Notes under the pieces: model-generated
What the model was told of the DNA's origin: nothing
Database searches by the model: none
The model's input: only the letters and a program-made list of their open reading frames with translations
Program-made: the position numbers and the translations under genes
Source of the DNA: Spirochaetia bacterium
GTDB taxonomy: Bacteria > Spirochaetota > Spirochaetia > SZUA-6 > Bin103
Assembly: GCA_965203055.1 (NCBI GenBank)
Contig: OZ241863.1
Location: 1,088,001-1,152,000, forward strand
Length of the DNA stretch: 64,000 bases
Direction: 5' to 3'
Shown here: positions 40,170 to 50,846 of the stretch, in pieces
Layout of the letters: each line of letters begins with the position of its first letter
Numbering within the stretch: the stretch's first letter is position 1

Positions 40170-43115
40170 ATGAGTGGCGCCGCCAGCAAACGCGATGCTG
40201 ACACCCGGCTGATCGAGCGGTGGCTGCCGATAGCGGCGCTTGGGATCGAGAGTATCCGCGAGCGGACGCCGATGACGCCGTTCCCGGCGCCGAACCGGTT
40301 GCACGTGTGGTGGGCGCGGCGGCCGTTGGTGGCGTCGCGGGCGGCGGTGCTGGCGTCGCTGCTGCCGGCGGACGCCGACCGGAAGCGGTTCCTGCGCGTG
40401 CTCGGCATCCACGGCGACCCGGTGGCGGCTCGAAGACTCATCGATAAAGCGCAACGGTCCGGCGTCAGAGTAAGCAACCCATATGACTATAGCCGCGCCT
40501 TCAGCTACGTCCTTGATGACCGTGATTTTCGTTGGTTGAAGTCTGAGATAGCGGACGTTTCGGTGCTCGACCCTACCGCCGGTGGAGGAAGTATACCGTT
40601 CGAGGTAGGTCGATTGGGTCTTGCTTGCTTGGGGAATGATCTCAATCCCGTTGCCGCCCTGATCTTGAAGGCGACGGTGGAATGGGTCGGCCAATTTCAC
40701 CAGGAGATAGAGACGGTATTCACCAGCTTGGCGGCAGAGTGGCGGGGACGAATGGAGGACCGTCTCACAGGGGTATTCCCTCAGATCGACCTTCCGGACC
40801 GGGTGGACATGACGTACCTCTGGGCGCGGACGGTGAGTTGTCCGTACTGCGGGGGGCGGGTGCCGCTGGCGCCGAACTGGCGGTTGGCGCCGGACGGGAC
40901 AGGGGTGCGGCTGGAACCGCTGGCCGCCGGTGGACCGGGAGCGCCGGGGCGGGTGTGCCGGTTCCATGTGGTGCATTCGGCGCGGGAGCAGGCGGCGGGG
41001 ACGGTGGCGCGCGGGGCGGGCAGCTGCCCGTGGCCGGATTGCGGGCGGGTGATCGCCGGCGAGGAGATCAAGGCGCAGGCGCGGGCCGGCGCGATGGGCG
41101 AGCAACTGTTCGCGGTGGTCTACAAGGAACGGGTGAACACGTATACGAAGACGGGCCGCCGGCGCGAGAAGTGGGTGCGCCGCTACCGCGCGCTGCGTCC
41201 AGAAGACGACAACGCCGCCGAGATAGCGGCGCGGCTGGCGGAGAAGCTGCCGGAGTGGGAGGCGTTCGACCTGGTGCCGGGGGAGCGGATCCCCGACGGT
41301 ACCAAGACTACCGAGCCGCTCCGCTACGGGATGCCGCGCTGGCGGGACCTGTTCTCACCGCGCCAACTGCTGTGCCACGGCACCGGCGTAGAGGTGTACC
41401 GCGAACTGCTGGAAGCCGACCGCGCCGCCGGCGCGCTGACGCCGCTGCGCCAAGCCGCCTACGGCTACCTGGCCCTCTCGCTCGACAAGACCCGTGACTA
41501 CAACTCCCGCATGACTCGCTGGCACGTAGGGCGCGAAGTAATGGTCAATACCTTCGACCGGCATGACTTCTCCTTCAAGTGGTCCTACGCCGAGATGGCG
41601 CCGCTGATCACCGGCCTGGGCTACGACTGGGCCATCCGCCAAACCGCCAAGTGCATCCAGGAACTGGTCGCCCTGGTGCGCCCCGGCGCCGGCGGCGGCT
41701 CCGGTGATCTGTTCCCTGAGTCGGGCGCGCGGCCCGCCGTCACCATCACCTGCAAGCCGGGCGACAACCTCGACCATATCCCCGCCGGCAGCGTCGACGC
41801 GGTGGTCATGGACCCGCCCTACTACGACAACGTGATGTACGCCGAGCTGTCCGACTTCTTCTACGTCTGGCTGAAGCGCACCGCCGGCCACGTCTTTCCC
41901 GCCCTGTTCCGCCGCCGCCTCACCGACAAGGAGAACGAGGCGGTCGCCAACCCGGCCCGGTTCCGCGGCCAGCCGGGCGCCGCGGCGCTCGCCGGGCGCG
42001 ACTACCAGGAGCGGATGGCGAGCATCTTCGCCGAAATGCGCCGCGTGCTGAGAGCCGACGGGGTGATGACGCTGATGTTCACCCACAAGGCGGCCGGCGC
42101 CTGGGACGCGCTGACTACCGGGCTGATGCAGGCCGGCTTCGCGATCACCGCGTCATGGCCGATCAACACCGAGGCGGAGGGCAGCCTGCACGTGCGCAAC
42201 AAGGCGGCCGCCAACAGCACCATCTTCCTGGCCTGCCGCCCGCGCACCGCCGCGCGCGGAGCGGACGACACCCCGTACTACTGGGAAGACATCGAACCGC
42301 GGGTAGCCGGCGCGGTGCGCGCGCGGGTAGCGGAGTATCAGGCGGCCGGCATCCGCGGGGTCGATCTCTACCTAGCCTGCTTCGGCCCTGCCCTGGAAGA
42401 GTTCTCGCGCCACTGGCCGCTGGCGCGCGGCACGCCGCGCCCGGCGCCGCAGGAACGGCCCCGCCGCCGGCGGCAGCCGGAGTTGGAGTTGGAGGCGGAG
42501 CGGGACCCCTACGCGGTGAGCCCGGAAGACGTGCTGGACACCGCCCGGCGGGAGGTGAAGCGCTGGCGGCAGGAGCAACTGACGCGGCGGCGGGAGGACC
42601 TGGACCCTGCCACCGCCTTCTTCGTGCTGGCGTGGGACGCCTTCGAGGCGCCGGTGTTCGCCTACGACGAGGCGCTGCGCTTGGCGCGCGCGGTGGGCGT
42701 CGACCTGGAGCGGGAGGTGGTGGGCCGCTTGGCGGAGAAGCGCGGCAGCGACCTGCGGCTGTGGGACTCGACGCGGCGCGCGGCCGGCGGAGCGCTGGGG
42801 CCGCCCGACGGCGCGCGCGGTATGATCGACGCCGTGCACCACGCCGCCAACCTGGCGCGCACCCGCTCGCTCGACGATGCCCGCAAGCTGCTCGACGAGA
42901 AGCTGGGCGCGCGGGAGGGGGCGTTCCTGACCGCGCTGGAAGCGGTGCTGGAAGTGCTGCCGGTCAGCAAGAGGTGGACCGGCATCGACCTGCCGGGCGA
43001 GGCGGCGGCCGCCGGCAGCGACTTCGAGGCGCTCTACCACTTGGCGCGCCTGGCCTACGGCGACCGGATCGACGAGCCGAAGCAGCTCCGGCTGTGGCAG
43101 GATGAAGCTGCCTGA
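40170..43115 (+). CDS. DUF1156 family adenine DNA methyltransferase
   Basis: LHVWWARRPL, DPTAGGGSIPFE, DLNPVA, CPYC zinc ribbon, MDPPYYDN, YAELSDFFYVWLKR. Confidence 0.92.
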   Translation: MSGAASKRDADTRLIERWLPIAALGIESIRERTPMTPFPAPNRLHVWWARRPLVASRAAVLASLLPADADRKRFLRVLGIHGDPVAARRLIDKAQRSGVRVSNPYDYSRAFSYVLDDRDFRWLKSEIADVSVLDPTAGGGSIPFEVGRLGLACLGNDLNPVAALILKATVEWVGQFHQEIETVFTSLAAEWRGRMEDRLTGVFPQIDLPDRVDMTYLWARTVSCPYCGGRVPLAPNWRLAPDGTGVRLEPLAAGGPGAPGRVCRFHVVHSAREQAAGTVARGAGSCPWPDCGRVIAGEEIKAQARAGAMGEQLFAVVYKERVNTYTKTGRRREKWVRRYRALRPEDDNAAEIAARLAEKLPEWEAFDLVPGERIPDGTKTTEPLRYGMPRWRDLFSPRQLLCHGTGVEVYRELLEADRAAGALTPLRQAAYGYLALSLDKTRDYNSRMTRWHVGREVMVNTFDRHDFSFKWSYAEMAPLITGLGYDWAIRQTAKCIQELVALVRPGAGGGSGDLFPESGARPAVTITCKPGDNLDHIPAGSVDAVVMDPPYYDNVMYAELSDFFYVWLKRTAGHVFPALFRRRLTDKENEAVANPARFRGQPGAAALAGRDYQERMASIFAEMRRVLRADGVMTLMFTHKAAGAWDALTTGLMQAGFAITASWPINTEAEGSLHVRNKAAANSTIFLACRPRTAARGADDTPYYWEDIEPRVAGAVRARVAEYQAAGIRGVDLYLACFGPALEEFSRHWPLARGTPRPAPQERPRRRRQPELELEAERDPYAVSPEDVLDTARREVKRWRQEQLTRRREDLDPATAFFVLAWDAFEAPVFAYDEALRLARAVGVDLEREVVGRLAEKRGSDLRLWDSTRRAAGGALGPPDGARGMIDAVHHAANLARTRSLDDARKLLDEKLGAREGAFLTALEAVLEVLPVSKRWTGIDLPGEAAAAGSDFEALYHLARLAYGDRIDEPKQLRLWQDEAA

Positions 43116-43117
43116 CC

Positions 43118-46100
43118 GTGCTCGCCGACTACCCCTGGCAACTCAAGTACACGCCCGATGACGGCGACCTGGTGCGGTTGTTCTACGTGCCGGCGCTGCA
43201 GGAGGCGGAGCGCTACGACCGCCTGACCGGCTACTTCGACGCCGGCGCCCTGGCGCTCGCCGCGCGCGGCGTGGAAGGGTTGGTGCGCAACCGGGGCCGC
43301 ATGCGGCTGGTGGTCGGCTGCACCCTTGGTCCCGACGAAATCGATGCGCTCGACCGGGGTGAGGCGCTCCGCGAACAGGTAGAGCAGCGCCTGCACCGAC
43401 TGCCGCTGGCGCCGCCGGACGCGGCCGCGGCGGGCGCGCTGGAACTGCTGGCCTGGATGGTGGCGCGCGGGCACCTGGAGGTGAAGGCGGCGGTGCCGTG
43501 CGACGCCGAGCGGCGGCCGATCGCCGACGGCGCCCTGTTCCACGAGAAGACCGGCGTGATCGAGGACCGCGGCGGCGACCGCATCGCCTGGACCGGCAGC
43601 CTCAACGAGACCGCGGCCGGCTGGCAGCGCAACTGGGAGAGCATCAACGTCGCCACGAGCTGGGGCCCGGAACCGAAGCGGGTCGCCTGCGAGGAAGACA
43701 ACTTCGCGCGCCTGTGGGCCAACCGCGCGCGCCGCGCCATCGTGCTCGACGTGCCGGAGGCGGCGCGCCGCGACCTGCTGCGGTTCCTGCCGCCCGACGA
43801 CCGCCTGCCGGCGCGGCTGCGGGCGGACAGAGGCGCCGCGCCCGCGCACCCGGCGCACCCGGCAGGGCAGGCGTCGGTCCCGCAGCCGCCGCCCGCGCCC
43901 GGGCCGCCGGCGCACGACCGGCGCGGCCTGGTGTGGGCCTTCATCCGGGAGGCGCCGCGGCGCGCCGCCGGCGGCGAACGGGTGGGGGAGGCCACCGCCG
44001 CAGTGACGCCGTGGCCGCATCAGGTGCGCGCCTTCGAGCGCCTCTACCGGCAGTGGCCGCCGAAGCTGTTGATCGCCGACGAGGTGGGGCTGGGCAAGAC
44101 GATCCAGGCCGGCCTGCTGCTGCGCCAGGCGTGGCTCGCCGGGCGCGCGCGGCGCATCCTGATCCTGGCGCCGCGCGCGGTGCTGCCGCAGTGGCAGTTG
44201 GAGCTGCGCGAGAAGTTCAACCTCAACTGGCCGATCTACGACGGGCGCCGGCTGCTGCGCTATCCCTCGCCGGCGGTGCGCGGGCGCGCGGAGCGGGCGG
44301 TGGAGCCGGACCGCTGGCATGCCGAGCCGGCGGTAATCGCCTCCAGCCAGCTCCTGCGGCGGCGCGGGCGCGCGGCGGCGCTGCTGCAGGCGGAGCCGTG
44401 GGACCTGGTGGTGGTCGACGAGGCGCACCACGCGCGGCGGCGGGCGGCGGGGTCGGCGCGCGAGGGCGGACCGAACGCCCTGCTGCGGCTGCTGCGCCCG
44501 CTCCGCGAGCGGACCGCCGGCCTGGTGCTGCTCACCGCCACGCCGATGCAGGTGCATCCGGTCGAGGTGTGGGACCTGCTGAGCCTGCTGGGCCTGCCGC
44601 CGGAGTGGACGCAGGAGGCGTTTCTGCAGTTCTTCAGGGACGTGGCCGAGCCGAATCCGTCGGCCGCGGCGCTGGACCGCATGGCGCGGCTGTTCCAGGC
44701 GGCCGAACGCGCCTATGGCAGGGCCTCCGCCGAGGAGGTGCGGCGGCTGACCGGGCTGTCGCCGCTGAAGGCCAATCAGGTGCTGCGCGCGCTGCGCGAC
44801 GCGGCCAGCATCCCGCGCCGCCAACTGGAGACCCCGGAGCGCCGTGCGGCGCTGGCCGTGCTGCGGGCGCGCACGCCGCTGCGCCATCTCATCTCGCGCC
44901 ACACCCGCGAGCTGCTGCGCCGCTACTTCCGGGACGGCCTGCTTTCCACCCCGATCGCCGAGCGCCGGGTGGAGGATCGGTTCATCGACCTGAGCGCCGC
45001 CGAGCGGGAACTCTACGAGGCGGTGGAGCGCTACATTGCCACCAGCTACGCGCGGGCGGGCGCTGCCGAACGGTCCGCGGTGGGGTTCGTGATGACCATC
45101 TACCGCCGCCGCCTGGCGAGCAGCTTCCGGGCGTTGCGCGCCACCCTGGAGCGCCACCGCGCCGCGCTCGGCGCCGGCGGCGGGCCGCGGCCGGCCGGCG
45201 CCGCGGAGCTGGAGGAGGACGCGCCCGACGACGCGGCGAGCGAGGAGGCGCTGGACGCCGACGAGGTGGGCGACCGCGAGCGGAGCGCGCTGGCCGCCGC
45301 GCAGCGCGGGGAGATCGAGCTCCTGCTGGCCGCCATCGCGCGCCTGCCGCCGGACGGCAAGCTGGGGCACCTGCGCCGGGTGGTCGCCGGCCTGCGCCGC
45401 GCCGGCTACCGGCAGGCGATGGTGTTCACCCAGTACACCGCGACCATGGAGTTCCTGCGCGACGAGCTGAGCCGGGACGGCGGCCTGCGGCTGCTCTGCT
45501 TCTCCGGGCGCGGCGGCGAGGCGCCGGCCGCCGACGGTACGTGGCGCGCCATCGGCCGCGACGACGCCCGGCGCCGCTTCCGGGACGGAGAGGCGGACCT
45601 GCTGCTCTGCACCGACGCCGCCGCCGAGGGGCTCAACTTCCAGTTCTGCGGCGCGCTGATCAACTACGACATGCCGTGGAATCCGATGCGGGTGGAGCAG
45701 CGCATCGGCCGCATCGACCGCCTGGGGCAGGCGCATCCGGTCATCCGCATCGTCAACCTGCACTACGAGGGCACCGTGGAGACCGACGTCTACCGCGCCC
45801 TGCGCAGTCGCATCGGCTTGTTCGAGAACGTGGTGGGCCGGCTGCAGCCGATCCTGGCGCAGGTGCCGCAGGCGATTTCCGGCGCGGTACTGGCCGGCGG
45901 ACCGAGTGGCGGACCGGGCGCCGGGCCGGCGGAGCGCGGCGCCGCCGCGGTGGAGGCGCTGGAACGGGACGCCGCGGCGGCCGAGGCCGGCGGCTTCGAC
46001 CTGGACGCCGCGCTGGGCGAGGAGCTCACCCTGCCGCCGCGGGAGGCGCCGGCGCTCACGCTGGACGACCTGGAGCGGGTGATCGCCGACCCCGGCCTGC

Positions 46101-46330
46101 TGCCGCCGGGCAACGACGCGCAACCGCTGGGACCGCGCGAGTTCGGCCTGCTCGCGCCCGGCATGGGCGCGCCGGTGCGGGTCACCACCGACCCCGCCTA
46201 CTACGCGGAGAACGCGGAAAGCGTCGAGCTGTGGTCCCCCGGCAACCCGCTGTTCCGCCCGCCCGACTACCTGCCGCCGGCGTCCGCCCTGCCCCCGAAC
46301 GCCGCCCTTCCCGACCTGCTGGACCGCTGA
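43118..46330 (+). CDS. PLD-like nuclease + SNF2 helicase
   Basis: FHEKTG..TGSLNET; IADEVGLGKT, DEAHH, LLTATPMQ, EGLNFQ, DMPWNPMRVEQRIGRIDR. Confidence 0.92.
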   Translation: MLADYPWQLKYTPDDGDLVRLFYVPALQEAERYDRLTGYFDAGALALAARGVEGLVRNRGRMRLVVGCTLGPDEIDALDRGEALREQVEQRLHRLPLAPPDAAAAGALELLAWMVARGHLEVKAAVPCDAERRPIADGALFHEKTGVIEDRGGDRIAWTGSLNETAAGWQRNWESINVATSWGPEPKRVACEEDNFARLWANRARRAIVLDVPEAARRDLLRFLPPDDRLPARLRADRGAAPAHPAHPAGQASVPQPPPAPGPPAHDRRGLVWAFIREAPRRAAGGERVGEATAAVTPWPHQVRAFERLYRQWPPKLLIADEVGLGKTIQAGLLLRQAWLAGRARRILILAPRAVLPQWQLELREKFNLNWPIYDGRRLLRYPSPAVRGRAERAVEPDRWHAEPAVIASSQLLRRRGRAAALLQAEPWDLVVVDEAHHARRRAAGSAREGGPNALLRLLRPLRERTAGLVLLTATPMQVHPVEVWDLLSLLGLPPEWTQEAFLQFFRDVAEPNPSAAALDRMARLFQAAERAYGRASAEEVRRLTGLSPLKANQVLRALRDAASIPRRQLETPERRAALAVLRARTPLRHLISRHTRELLRRYFRDGLLSTPIAERRVEDRFIDLSAAERELYEAVERYIATSYARAGAAERSAVGFVMTIYRRRLASSFRALRATLERHRAALGAGGGPRPAGAAELEEDAPDDAASEEALDADEVGDRERSALAAAQRGEIELLLAAIARLPPDGKLGHLRRVVAGLRRAGYRQAMVFTQYTATMEFLRDELSRDGGLRLLCFSGRGGEAPAADGTWRAIGRDDARRRFRDGEADLLLCTDAAAEGLNFQFCGALINYDMPWNPMRVEQRIGRIDRLGQAHPVIRIVNLHYEGTVETDVYRALRSRIGLFENVVGRLQPILAQVPQAISGAVLAGGPSGGPGAGPAERGAAAVEALERDAAAAEAGGFDLDAALGEELTLPPREAPALTLDDLERVIADPGLLPPGNDAQPLGPREFGLLAPGMGAPVRVTTDPAYYAENAESVELWSPGNPLFRPPDYLPPASALPPNAALPDLLDR

Positions 46331-46460
46331 ACCGCCCGCCGCCTGCTTGCATGCAACCGTGGTCCGGCAACCGCAACCACCGCCAGCCCGGAGTGAGGTG
46401 GTCCCGGAAAATTGGACAGGAGGTTAAGGTGTATTCCAGGCCATGAGGAGGGCCGATGGG

Positions 46461-46745
46461 ATGGCGACGAAACGACGCCGATTCACAGCACAGTTCAAAG
46501 CCAGGGTGGCGCTGGAGGCGTTCCGCGGGGACCGCACGATCCAGGCGATCGCGGCCAAGCACCAGGTTCATCCGAATCAGGTCAGCGTCTGGAAGCGGCA
46601 AGCCCAGACCGGGCTCGAAGAACTGTTCGCCGCGACCGCCAAGCGCGGCCCCGCCGAGCAGGAGGCGCTCATCCATGACCTCCATGCCAAGATCGGCGAG
46701 TTGACCGTGGAGCGCGATTTTTTAGCGCGCGGGCTCGATCGCTGA
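46461..46745 (+). CDS. IS3 transposase OrfA
   Basis: RRRFTAQFKARVALEA..HPNQVSVWK..KIGELTVERDFL; T6 run at the orfA/orfB junction. Confidence 0.9.
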   Translation: MATKRRRFTAQFKARVALEAFRGDRTIQAIAAKHQVHPNQVSVWKRQAQTGLEELFAATAKRGPAEQEALIHDLHAKIGELTVERDFLARGLDR

Positions 46746-47600
46746 GCCCGGAGCAACGACGGCTGATGGTTGACCGCGAGCATTCGAGTCTCAGCTTGAG
46801 TCGGCAGTGCCGGCTGCTCGGCGTATGCCGCTCGGCCCTGTACTACCGACCGCGCGGAGCCAGCGCGGCGACGCTCAGCTTGATGCGCCGCATCGACGAG
46901 TTGTACCTGAAGTACCCGTTCTACGGCAGTCGGCAGCTGGCCCGGCATCTGGCGCGGGAAGGGGTAACGGCGGGGCGCCACCGGGTGCGGCGGCTGATGC
47001 GGCTGCTGGGGTTGGAGGCGATCTACCGCAAGCCGCGCACCACGGTGCCGAACCCGGACCATCAAGTGTATCCGTATCTGTTGAGAGGGCTTACCATTAC
47101 GCGACCGAATCAGGTGTGGTGCGCAGACATCACCTATATCCCGGTGCAGGACGGGTACCTGTACTTGGTGGCGGTGATGGACTGGGCGAGTCGGCGGGTG
47201 CTGGCCTGGGAACTGGCGAATACGCTGGACAGCGAGTTCTGCCTGCTGGCGTTGGCACAGGCGCAGGAGCGCTACGGCAAGCCGGAGGTCTTCAACACCG
47301 ATCAGGGCAGCCAGTTCACCAGCAGGGCGTTCACGGGGCAGTTGGAGGCGGCCGGGATACGCTGCTCGATGAGACGGTCGTGGGCGCTGCCTGGACAACG
47401 TGTTCATCGAGCGGCTGTGGCGGTCGTTGAAGTATGAGGCGGTGTACCTGCACGAGTTGGCGGACGGCTTCGCGGCGCAGCGCGTGATCGCGGAGTGGAT
47501 GGAGTTCTACAACGAGGTACGCCCCCACTCGGCGCTGGACGGGCGGACGCCGGCGGAGGCGTACTGCGGCGTGGCGGCGCCGGCCGGGCAGGTGGCGTAG
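46742..47600 (+). pseudogene. IS3 transposase OrfB (DDE) with extra base at ~47372
   Basis: PNQVWCADITY, NTDQGSQFTS, SM|DGRGRCLDNVFIERLWRSLKYE. Confidence 0.85.
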
Positions 47601-47837
47601 CGAGATGGGGGGTGCAAACTGCAAGCACCGGGAACGGAGCGAGTGGCTGCGCACCGCGGAGCGGGAGTTGTCCACATATCCACAGGGACAGCTACCCCCG
47701 CCCCGGACCCCACCCCCGGTTTACCGCCGCCTGATTTGCAGAGGGAGGGGTAGGTTGACAACCGACGGATACACCTTAACCTACCCCTCGGACTGTCTAA
47801 CCAACCGGGACCACCTCAGCCGACCGCGACCCGCTAA

Positions 47838-50800
47838 CTAACCGTGCTGCAGGATTTCTTCGATGGCCAGTTGGCCGGCGTCCAGTTCCCGGTTGGCCTG
47901 CTCCAGCTTGTCGCGGCTGGAGACGACGCACACCGCGCTGCGCGGGAAGCCGGCCGCGAGCGCCTGCTGCAGGGCCTGCCGCACTTCGGCGGCGGTGGTG
48001 GCCTTGAGGCGTTCGTGGCGCGCCTCGCGCAGCTCGGGGGTGATGCCGGCCAAGTGGCGTTGCAGGGCGAGGCCGGTGGCCGGGCGCGGGCGCAGCGGCG
48101 TGAAGCCGCGCTTGGCGACGGCGATGACGGCGCGTCCGACGTCGCTCTCGTTCCAGTTGGCGGCGGCCACGTAGTCGCGCGTCCGGCGGAACACGTCCAG
48201 GGTGCGGGTGACGTGCGGGTCGCGGTAGGAGCCCAGCGCAAGCGAACCACCGAGGGCGTCGTAGCGGAACCAGGCGCCGTAAGCATTGCCCTTGAAGCGG
48301 ATCTCCGGGAGGATCCAGTCCAGGTTCACGATGTGGGCTCCAACCTCCAACGGCACCGCCCCCGGCTGCGAGAAGTGGGGCGCCGGCATCACCTGGGCGC
48401 AGTACGCCACGTCCATCTGCGCGGCCAGCCCTTCGCGCGGCGGAGCCGCGTAGGGCGTGAAGCCGAGGTCGACGTCGCTGATCGGCTCGGCCCGCAGCCG
48501 TTCGCCCCAGCTTGCCAGCGCCGCGGCCACGCGCCCGGCGCCGCGTTCGGTGCCGGTATGGCTCACCGTCAACCGACCGCGCACCAGCAGAAAGTCGCGG
48601 ATCTGCTCGATGCGCTCGGTCAACGCCGCGTATTCCTGGTCGAACGCGCCGGTCAGCCGCTCGCACAGCGCCAACTGCGGCAGCCCGTTTACGATTTCCG
48701 CCAGATGCCCCTCCAGGTCGAGGCCGCGTCCGGCGTGCAGGCTCGCGGTTCGGGCCCCGCCGCGCACCAGGCCGGTGCGGTATCTCATGCGCGCCTGCAC
48801 CAGTACCTCCTGCAGCCGCGCGCGGTCGCGCGGGTCGACCGAGAACACCACGCGGTCGAGGATCGCCAGGGCATCTTCCATCTGGTCGTCGAGCGCCTTC
48901 AGACTGAAGCGCACCCCGCGCAGGATGCGGCCGGCGGCCGCGCTGTGGGCGCTCAGCGACACTGACGCGCTGATCCCGCCGGTGGCCGCGGCCTTGCGCC
49001 TCGCCACCTCCTCGTAGCCGGCTCCGGCGACGCCCAGCTTGGCGGCAGCCTCCAGGTAGCGCGGCAGGAACGGCCACAACTCCGCCGGCAGCCCGGTGAG
49101 GTCGAAGTCCAGCGCCAGGTAGTTGACGCCGTTGGAGAACACGTCGTTGCGCAGCAGCGTGATCCCCGCCACCTCGCTCACCGCGGTGGGGACGTGCTGC
49201 AGCGCCGCGGGCAGATCATCCACGCGGAGCTGCGGCAGGCTGGCGAGCTGCGCCGGCGTGTTGGGCGTGCTGTTGAGCTGTTCCAACTCCGCGGCGTCGG
49301 CCGCGGCCTGGGCGATCTGAGCCTCGCTCATCTCCCGTTCGAGGCTCTGCACGCGCGCCGCCAGCCGTTGGTCGAACCGTTCCTGCATGGCGCGGTCGGG
49401 CCGCAACACCATGTTCAGCCGGTGCGGATTGTCCAACAGCCGTTCGCGCAACAGGCGCCCGAACAGGTCCGGCTCCTGCGCCCATTGCGCGCGGCAGGTC
49501 TCGAGATGCGTGCCGAGGCGCAGGAAGCTCAGCGGATCCTCGCCGTAGAGCCAGCTTCCGACCACCCGGAACAGGGTGTGCAACGGGAACAGGGGCTGCA
49601 CTTCGAGATATTCGAAGGCGGCTTGGCGGAAGGCGGTCTCCACCAGCTCGGGACTGATGCCGGTGTCGGCGACGCGCTGCAGGGTGCTGTCCACCAGCTC
49701 GCGGAACTGGCCGGCGCGGTCACTCTCGCTGCCGCGCAGGCCGATCAGGAAGGTGGCCTCGCGGCCCACCGAGGAGCTGCCGGAGTAGGTGAGGTCGGCG
49801 CCCAGCCTGGATTGCACGATCGCCTTGCGCAACGGCGCCGCCTCGTTGCCGGCCAGGATCAGCGACAGAATGCGCATCAGGGCGGCGTCCACCGGATCGA
49901 GGGCGTCGCCGGTCAGCCAGGCGTTGACCAGATAGGTACGTTCCGCTTCCGGCTCCGCGGCGCCGATCGGGTAGCTCTCGCGCAGCACGCGCGGTTCGCT
50001 CCAGCGCTGCTGGCGGGCGGGCGCGAACGCATCCGCGCCGGCGCCCGGCGGCCAGCTCACCGGGCGGCGCGTGAAGTCGCTCAGCCGCGCGCCGAGGAAG
50101 CGGCAGTAGTCGGCGGTCGCGATGTCGCCGTAGGCGAAGAAGTAGGCGTTGCTCGGATGGTAGTAGGTGGCGTGGTAGCGGCGGAAGAAGTCGTAGTCGA
50201 GGTCGGGGATCGCCTCCGGCGTGCCGCCGCTCTCATGGGAGTAGATGGTGTCGGGCAGCAGGTTGTGGTTGAGCTGCCGCCCGAGGCATGCATCCGGGTC
50301 GGAAAAGGCGCCCTTCATTTCGTTGTACACGATACCGCTGATCGCCAGCCGGCCGGCGCCGCCGCCGTTCGCCTCGCCGCGCGGCGTCAGGTGATGGCCC
50401 TCGCGGCGGAAGGTCTGCTCGGTCAGCAGCGGATGGAAGACGGCGTCGAAGTACACCTCGGCGAGGTTGAACAGGTCCTTGGCGACGTTGCTGGCCACCG
50501 GATAGTAGGTGCTGTCCTCGCCGGTCATGGCGTTGATGAAGGTCGCCATGCTCATCTTGATCATTTCGAAGAACGGTTCGCGCACCGGAAAGCGCCGCGA
50601 GCCGGCCAACACGCAATGCTCCAGGATGTGCGCCACGCCGGTGTCGTCGGGGGGCGGCGTCGGGAAGCTCACCGAGAACAGGTTCTCGGGGTCGGCGGTG
50701 TGCAGGTGCAGGAGCCGCGCGCCGCTGGCCGGATGCTCCAGCAGATAGGCGACGGAGCGCACTTCGGGCACGGGGGCGGCGCTGCGCAGGCGAAATCCGT

Positions 50801-50846
50801 GCAGCTCGGCGCCGGGTTGGTGGGTGACGGCCGGAGTCTGAGACAT
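47838..50846 (-). CDS. Insulinase family M16C metallopeptidase (PreP-like)
   Basis: TGVAHILEHCVLAGS, FINAMT, GIVYNEMKG, GNAYGA, SYRDP. Confidence 0.92.
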   Translation of the reverse strand: MSQTPAVTHQPGAELHGFRLRSAAPVPEVRSVAYLLEHPASGARLLHLHTADPENLFSVSFPTPPPDDTGVAHILEHCVLAGSRRFPVREPFFEMIKMSMATFINAMTGEDSTYYPVASNVAKDLFNLAEVYFDAVFHPLLTEQTFRREGHHLTPRGEANGGGAGRLAISGIVYNEMKGAFSDPDACLGRQLNHNLLPDTIYSHESGGTPEAIPDLDYDFFRRYHATYYHPSNAYFFAYGDIATADYCRFLGARLSDFTRRPVSWPPGAGADAFAPARQQRWSEPRVLRESYPIGAAEPEAERTYLVNAWLTGDALDPVDAALMRILSLILAGNEAAPLRKAIVQSRLGADLTYSGSSSVGREATFLIGLRGSESDRAGQFRELVDSTLQRVADTGISPELVETAFRQAAFEYLEVQPLFPLHTLFRVVGSWLYGEDPLSFLRLGTHLETCRAQWAQEPDLFGRLLRERLLDNPHRLNMVLRPDRAMQERFDQRLAARVQSLEREMSEAQIAQAAADAAELEQLNSTPNTPAQLASLPQLRVDDLPAALQHVPTAVSEVAGITLLRNDVFSNGVNYLALDFDLTGLPAELWPFLPRYLEAAAKLGVAGAGYEEVARRKAAATGGISASVSLSAHSAAAGRILRGVRFSLKALDDQMEDALAILDRVVFSVDPRDRARLQEVLVQARMRYRTGLVRGGARTASLHAGRGLDLEGHLAEIVNGLPQLALCERLTGAFDQEYAALTERIEQIRDFLLVRGRLTVSHTGTERGAGRVAAALASWGERLRAEPISDVDLGFTPYAAPPREGLAAQMDVAYCAQVMPAPHFSQPGAVPLEVGAHIVNLDWILPEIRFKGNAYGAWFRYDALGGSLALGSYRDPHVTRTLDVFRRTRDYVAAANWNESDVGRAVIAVAKRGFTPLRPRPATGLALQRHLAGITPELREARHERLKATTAAEVRQALQQALAAGFPRSAVCVVSSRDKLEQANRELDAGQLAIEEILQHG

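Larger units (their letters stand above)
46394..47818 (+). mobile_element. IS3 family insertion sequence
   Basis: TG...CA ends; inverted repeats TGAGGTGGTCCCGG....T.GACAG; orfA/orfB layout. Confidence 0.92.

Noticed and set aside
20300..46400. Prophage or ICE explanation for the island
   Set aside because: No integrase, tRNA attachment site, conjugation or virion genes seen in the window
43055..46446. ~1000-aa ORFs overlapping the helicase
   Set aside because: Shadow frames of the PLD-SNF2 gene
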